Under the pieces are notes generated by a model, which saw only the letters and a list, made by a program, of their open reading frames with translations, ran no database searches and was not told where the DNA came from. Source: Escherichia coli (GTDB lineage: Bacteria; Pseudomonadota; Gammaproteobacteria; Enterobacterales; Enterobacteriaceae). From it: a stretch of DNA of 13,511 nucleotides. Position 1 is the stretch's first letter; every line of letters starts with the position of its first letter. The stretch lies in NCBI RefSeq assembly GCF_003334315.1, contig NZ_QOWR01000081.1; one strand, given 5' to 3'. Shown piece after piece: positions 9,362 through 13,511 of the stretch. The position numbers and the translations under genes were made by a program.

Positions 9362-10537
9362 GTGGATGTGATGAGCCGTTATCCGGTGAGTTCTTCCTGG
9401 TTGCTCAATCGCCCGGTGATGGGCGATCCGCTCTATTTGCAGATGAAAGCGCATAACAATGCGCCGGGCATGGTCGGGCGAGTGAAGAAAGTATTGCGTC
9501 GTCGCTATCAGCATCAGGTGCTGCTGTCACGCGTCACGGACAGCGGCAAGCTGCGCAATATCGCCATTGCTCAGGGCTTTACCGATTTTGTGCGTCTGTT
9601 GTCCGATTATGACGCGATTATCCAGGTGGGCGGATCGTTCTTCGTCGACCTGTATGGTGTGACGCAGTTTGAGCACGCGCTGTGCACCTTTATGGCGAAA
9701 AAACCGATTTATATGGTCGGCCATAGTGTCGGGCCGTTCCAGGCACCGGCGTTTAACCATATGGCAAACTATGTCTTTGGTCACTGCGACGCGCTGTTCC
9801 TGCGCGAGTCGGTCAGCCTTGATTTGATGAAACGCAGCGACATTGACACCTCGAAAGTGGAGAAGGGTGTCGATACCGCCTGGTTGGTCGATCACCACGA
9901 TGACAGTTTTGACGCGAGCTACGCCGTCCAGCACTGGCTGAATGTGGCGCAGCAGCAGAAAACCGTGGCGATTACCCTGCGTGAACTGGCGCCGTTTGAT
10001 AAACGCCTGGGCACCACGCAGGAAGCCTACGAAAAAGCGTTTGCGGGCGTGGTAAATCGGATCATCGCCAGCGGCTGGCAGGTGATGGCGCTCTCTACCT
10101 GTACGGGCATCGACAGCTATAACAAAGACGATCGCATGGTGGCGCTTAACCTGCGTAAACATATTCAGGACCCATCGCGCTACCACGTGGTGATGGATGA
10201 GCTTAACGATCTCGAAATGGGCAAACTGCTGGGCGCCTGTGACCTGACGGTCGGTACGCGTCTGCATTCAGCAATTATCTCCATGAACTTCGGAACACCG
10301 GCGATTGCGATTAACTACGAACACAAATCAGCGGGCATTATGCAGCAACTGGGTATGCCGGAAATGGCAGTCGATATTCGCCATCTACTGAATGGCGACC
10401 TGGAAGCGATGGCGGCAGACACCTTGGGTCAACTCTCAACGCTTGTGCCGCGCCTCAATGACGCGGTAGCGCGTGAGCGCGCGGCGGGGCTGGCGATGGT
10501 GGAATCGGTATTAACGCGCATCGGGGAGGGGAAATGA
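9362..10537 (+). CDS. wcaK: Colanic acid biosynthesis pyruvyl transferase WcaK, 5'-truncated (homology begins at 9281 with no start codon; first in-frame starts are GTG 9362 and ATG 9371)
   Basis: Frame-2 translation from 9281 reads [20 protein letters not shown]..., the conserved N-terminal motif of polysaccharide pyruvyl transferases (PF04230-type); the frame is closed by TGA at 9260-9262; stop overlaps the wcaL start (ATGA). Confidence 0.8.
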   Translation: MDVMSRYPVSSSWLLNRPVMGDPLYLQMKAHNNAPGMVGRVKKVLRRRYQHQVLLSRVTDSGKLRNIAIAQGFTDFVRLLSDYDAIIQVGGSFFVDLYGVTQFEHALCTFMAKKPIYMVGHSVGPFQAPAFNHMANYVFGHCDALFLRESVSLDLMKRSDIDTSKVEKGVDTAWLVDHHDDSFDASYAVQHWLNVAQQQKTVAITLRELAPFDKRLGTTQEAYEKAFAGVVNRIIASGWQVMALSTCTGIDSYNKDDRMVALNLRKHIQDPSRYHVVMDELNDLEMGKLLGACDLTVGTRLHSAIISMNFGTPAIAINYEHKSAGIMQQLGMPEMAVDIRHLLNGDLEAMAADTLGQLSTLVPRLNDAVARERAAGLAMVESVLTRIGEGK

Positions 10538-11760
10538 AGGTTGGTTTCTTCTTGCTGAAATTCCCGCTGTCGTCTGAAACCTTTGTGCTCAACCAGATTG
10601 TGGCCTTTATCGAAATGGGCCACGAGGTCGAAATTATCGCCCTGCAAAAGGGCGATATGACCAACACCCACGCGGCGTTCACGCAATATGACCTGGCAGC
10701 GAAAACACGCTGGTTACAGGATGAACCAGTGAGTACGGGCGCAAAGTTTCGTCATCGCGCAGTCAGCACGTTGCGCGGGTTACATCGCCCGGCAACGTGG
10801 CAGGCGCTCAATATGAAGCGTTACGGCCATGAAGCGCGCAACCTGATCCTCTCGGCCATTTGCGGCAATAACGCCCAGCCATTTAGCGCCGACGTATTTA
10901 TTGCTCACTTCGGCCCGGCGGGGGTAACTGCGGCGAAACTGCGCGAACTGGGCGTGATCCGCGGCAAAATCGCGACCGTCTTTCACGGCATTGATATCTC
11001 CAGCCGCGATGTGCTGAGCCACTACACGCCGGAGTATCAACAGCTTTTCCGTCGTGGCGATCTGATGCTGCCGATCAGTAATTTGTGGGCGAAACGATTG
11101 CAGGGAATGGGCTGCCCGGCGGCGAAAATTGCCGTTTCGCGAATGGGCGTCAACATGGACCGTTTTGCCCTGCGCCCCACCAAAGCGCCGGGTGAGACGC
11201 TGCAAATAATCTCAGTGGCCCGCCTGACGGAGAAAAAAGGTCTGCATGTAGCGATTGAAGCCTGCCGTCAGTTGAAAGAGCGCGGTGTGGCGTTTCACTA
11301 TCGCATTCTCGGCATCGGCCCGTGGGAACGCCGCCTGCGCACATTGATCGAACAGTATCAACTGGAAGGGTACGTGGAGATGCCGGGCTTTAAGCCCAGC
11401 CATGAGGTAAAAGCGATGCTCGATGAGGCGGATGTCTTTCTGCTGCCGTCGATTACCGGCGCAGATGGCGATATGGAAGGCATTCCTGTGGCACTGATGG
11501 AAGCGATGGCAGTGGGCATTCCGGTGCTTTCGACCGAGCATAGCGGTATTCCGGAACTGATAGACGCCAACGCCTCCGGCTGGCTGGTGGCGGAGAACGA
11601 CGCTCCGGCGCTGGCGGGCAAACTCAGCGAACTGCGCCATCTTGATGAGCCGACGCTGCGCCCGGTGCTACAACGCGCCCGCCAAAAAGTTGAAACCGAG
11701 TTCAATCAGCAGGTGATTAACCGCCAGCTCGCGAGCCTGCTGCAAACCCTTTGCTATTGA
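10534..11760 (+). CDS. wcaL: Colanic acid biosynthesis glycosyltransferase WcaL (GT4 family)
   Basis: 408-aa ORF; N-terminus MKVGFFLLKFPLSSETFVLNQ... and C-terminal GT-B motif region (EGIPVALMEAMAVGIPVLSTEHSGIPELI) with the E-X7-E signature typical of GT4 enzymes. Confidence 0.88.
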   Translation: MKVGFFLLKFPLSSETFVLNQIVAFIEMGHEVEIIALQKGDMTNTHAAFTQYDLAAKTRWLQDEPVSTGAKFRHRAVSTLRGLHRPATWQALNMKRYGHEARNLILSAICGNNAQPFSADVFIAHFGPAGVTAAKLRELGVIRGKIATVFHGIDISSRDVLSHYTPEYQQLFRRGDLMLPISNLWAKRLQGMGCPAAKIAVSRMGVNMDRFALRPTKAPGETLQIISVARLTEKKGLHVAIEACRQLKERGVAFHYRILGIGPWERRLRTLIEQYQLEGYVEMPGFKPSHEVKAMLDEADVFLLPSITGADGDMEGIPVALMEAMAVGIPVLSTEHSGIPELIDANASGWLVAENDAPALAGKLSELRHLDEPTLRPVLQRARQKVETEFNQQVINRQLASLLQTLCY

Positions 11761-11766
11761 GGTTGC

Positions 11767-13158
11767 ATGGATAAAAAATTTTCCCGACGTCGCTTCCTGT
11801 CGGCAGGCGCTACGCTTGCCGCCATCCCACTGCTACACAGCCCCGCTGTACGCGCGCTGGGGCGTAATGATGCCGTTGATATCCGCAACTATCTGGTCGG
11901 TAATGACTGGATCCGTGCATTTCGTCAGGCGTTTGACGATGCCGATATTATCGACGTCCCCAAAGGCGTGATTTGCGACAATATTAATACCGGCATCATC
12001 ATGCCACCGGGTAAAACGCTGCAGGTAAACGGCAGCCTGAAAGGCAATGGTCGTGGGCGTTTTGCGTTGCAGGATGGGTGTAAAGTGGTGGGGGAGGGGA
12101 GTCTCAATAATATTACTCTCGACGTGCGCGGATCTGACTGCACCATCGAAGGTCTGGCGATGAGCGGCTTTGGCCCGGTGGCGCAAATCTACATCGGCGG
12201 CAAACAAAAAAGGACGATGCGCAATCTCACCATCACGCGGATTAATATCAGCCAGGCTAACTACGGTATTTTACGCCAGGGTTTCCATAATCAACTCGAC
12301 GGCGTAAAAATCACCCACAGTAAATTTAGCTACCTGCAGGGTGATGCCATTGAATGGAACGTCGCGATTAACGACAAGAATATCCTCATTTCTGACCATG
12401 TGATTGACCACATTGATTGCACCAATGGCAAGACCAACTGGGGCATCGGTATTGGGCTTGCGGGCAGCACCTACGATAACGACTACCCGGAGCACCAGGC
12501 GGTGAAAAACTTTGTCGTCGCCAATATCACCGGCAGCCACTGCCGACAGTTGGTTCACGTCGAAAACGGTAAACACTTTATTATCCGTAATATTAAGGCA
12601 CGAAATATCACCCCGGAATACAGTAAGAAAGCCGGAATTGATAACGCTACGGTAGCAATATATGGATGTGATAATTTCGTTATCGATGGTGTGGATATGG
12701 TTAATAGCGCGGGCATGCTAATTGGCTATGGTGTTATCAAAGGGAAATATCTGTCGATACCGCAGAATTTCAGGATAAATAATGTGCGGATGGATAATCG
12801 ACAATTAACGCTAAAGCTGCGGGGAATACAGATTTCATCGGGCAATGCACCTTCGTTTGTTGCGCTTACCAACCTCGATCTGAACCATGCGTCGCTGGAG
12901 ATCCACAACAAGCCGCAACACATATTTATGCGTAATATCAAGGTGATACAGCCTGCGGCGCGCGGGCCCGCACTACAGCTCCACTTCGACTTACGCAAGG
13001 ATGTTCGCGGGAAGTTTATGGCCAAACAGGAGACGCTGCTCTCGATGTCAAATATTCATGCGGTCAATGAAAACGGCCAGCGGTCTGTGGATATTGACCG
13101 TATTGATCAGCACGTTGTCAATGTCGATGCGCTGAATTTTACCCTGCCTAAACGCTGA
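11767..13158 (+). CDS. wcaM: Colanic acid biosynthesis protein WcaM (Tat-signal, predicted right-handed beta-helix)
   Basis: 463-aa ORF, GAGG 9 nt upstream of ATG; twin-arginine signal [18 protein letters not shown]...A-VRA-LG; repeated N-I-T / V-x-N motifs consistent with a parallel beta-helix; last gene after wcaL as in the colanic acid cluster. Confidence 0.85.
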   Translation: MDKKFSRRRFLSAGATLAAIPLLHSPAVRALGRNDAVDIRNYLVGNDWIRAFRQAFDDADIIDVPKGVICDNINTGIIMPPGKTLQVNGSLKGNGRGRFALQDGCKVVGEGSLNNITLDVRGSDCTIEGLAMSGFGPVAQIYIGGKQKRTMRNLTITRINISQANYGILRQGFHNQLDGVKITHSKFSYLQGDAIEWNVAINDKNILISDHVIDHIDCTNGKTNWGIGIGLAGSTYDNDYPEHQAVKNFVVANITGSHCRQLVHVENGKHFIIRNIKARNITPEYSKKAGIDNATVAIYGCDNFVIDGVDMVNSAGMLIGYGVIKGKYLSIPQNFRINNVRMDNRQLTLKLRGIQISSGNAPSFVALTNLDLNHASLEIHNKPQHIFMRNIKVIQPAARGPALQLHFDLRKDVRGKFMAKQETLLSMSNIHAVNENGQRSVDIDRIDQHVVNVDALNFTLPKR

Positions 13159-13360
13159 ATTTTTAGCCGAACCCACCTCTTCAGACGCATTCTCGGATTG
13201 TATCCAGAGATTTAGCGGTATTTACCCGATACTATGAGAAAACATAGTGGATCAAACAACGTTAATAGCTATAATTCATCAACCGTATATAGGTGGACAC
13301 GATAATGGGTGATGATGCCAACTTACTGATTTAGTGTATGATGGTGTTTTTGAGGTGCTC

Positions 13361-13420
13361 CAGTGGCTTCTGTTTCTATCAGCTGTCCCTCCTGTTCAGC
13401 TACTGACGGGGTGGTGCGTA
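13361..13420 (+). promoter_or_regulatory. JUMPstart-like sequence with degenerate ops-like core, downstream of wcaM (upstream of the next polysaccharide locus)
   Basis: Begins CAGTGGCT (13361-13368) and ends GGGGTGGTGCGT (13408-13419), resembling JUMPstart ends (CAGTGGCTCTGG...GGGGCGGTAGCGT) as recalled, but the 8-bp ops GGCGGTAG is not intact. Confidence 0.2.
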
Positions 13421-13511
13421 ACGGCAAAAGCACCGCCGGACATCAGCGCTATCTCTGCTCTCACTGCCGTAAAACATGGCAACTGCAGTTCACTTACACC
13501 GCTTCTCAACC

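Noticed and set aside
9200-9400. Mobile element or site-specific recombination scar at the yiaV-wcaK junction
   Set aside because: No terminal inverted repeats, transposase fragment, target-site duplication, FRT, loxP or att-like core is visible; the join is seamless at nucleotide level, so no mobile-element feature is called.
1-13511. CRISPR arrays, tRNA, rRNA or prophage genes
   Set aside because: No direct-repeat and spacer periodicity, no cloverleaf-compatible or rRNA-like segments and no phage-like ORFs were seen; intergenic space is fully accounted for by terminators, REP elements and promoter regions.

Overview
The window reads as Escherichia coli chromosome, with every supported gene on the + strand except a partial rhs start at the left edge. 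Left to right: the first 25 codons of an Rhs-family gene (- strand, runs off the window), yibF (GST-like), selA and selB (selenocysteine synthase and SelB elongation factor, overlapping ATGA), an AT-rich intergenic region with a hairpin terminator, yiaY (Fe-dependent alcohol dehydrogenase), aldB (aldehyde dehydrogenase), a REP/BIME palindromic element, and yiaW-yiaV (small DUF membrane protein plus HlyD-type membrane fusion protein). The main anomaly is at about 9279-9281: the last codons of yiaV run directly into a 5'-truncated wcaK (colanic-acid pyruvyl transferase), followed by wcaL and wcaM, the last three genes of the colanic acid cluster. From my recollection of the K-12 map these two loci are more than 1 Mb apart, so this is a rearrangement junction, an engineered or excised segment, or an assembly chimera. 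I see no mobile element, recombinase scar, CRISPR array, tRNA or rRNA. I do not see a convincing undescribed multi-gene system. The findings worth follow-up are the junction, a SECIS-like hairpin in the selA leader, a perfect palindrome in the aldB leader, and a possible small membrane-protein ORF. All identifications come from reading the translations and motifs; no database search was run.
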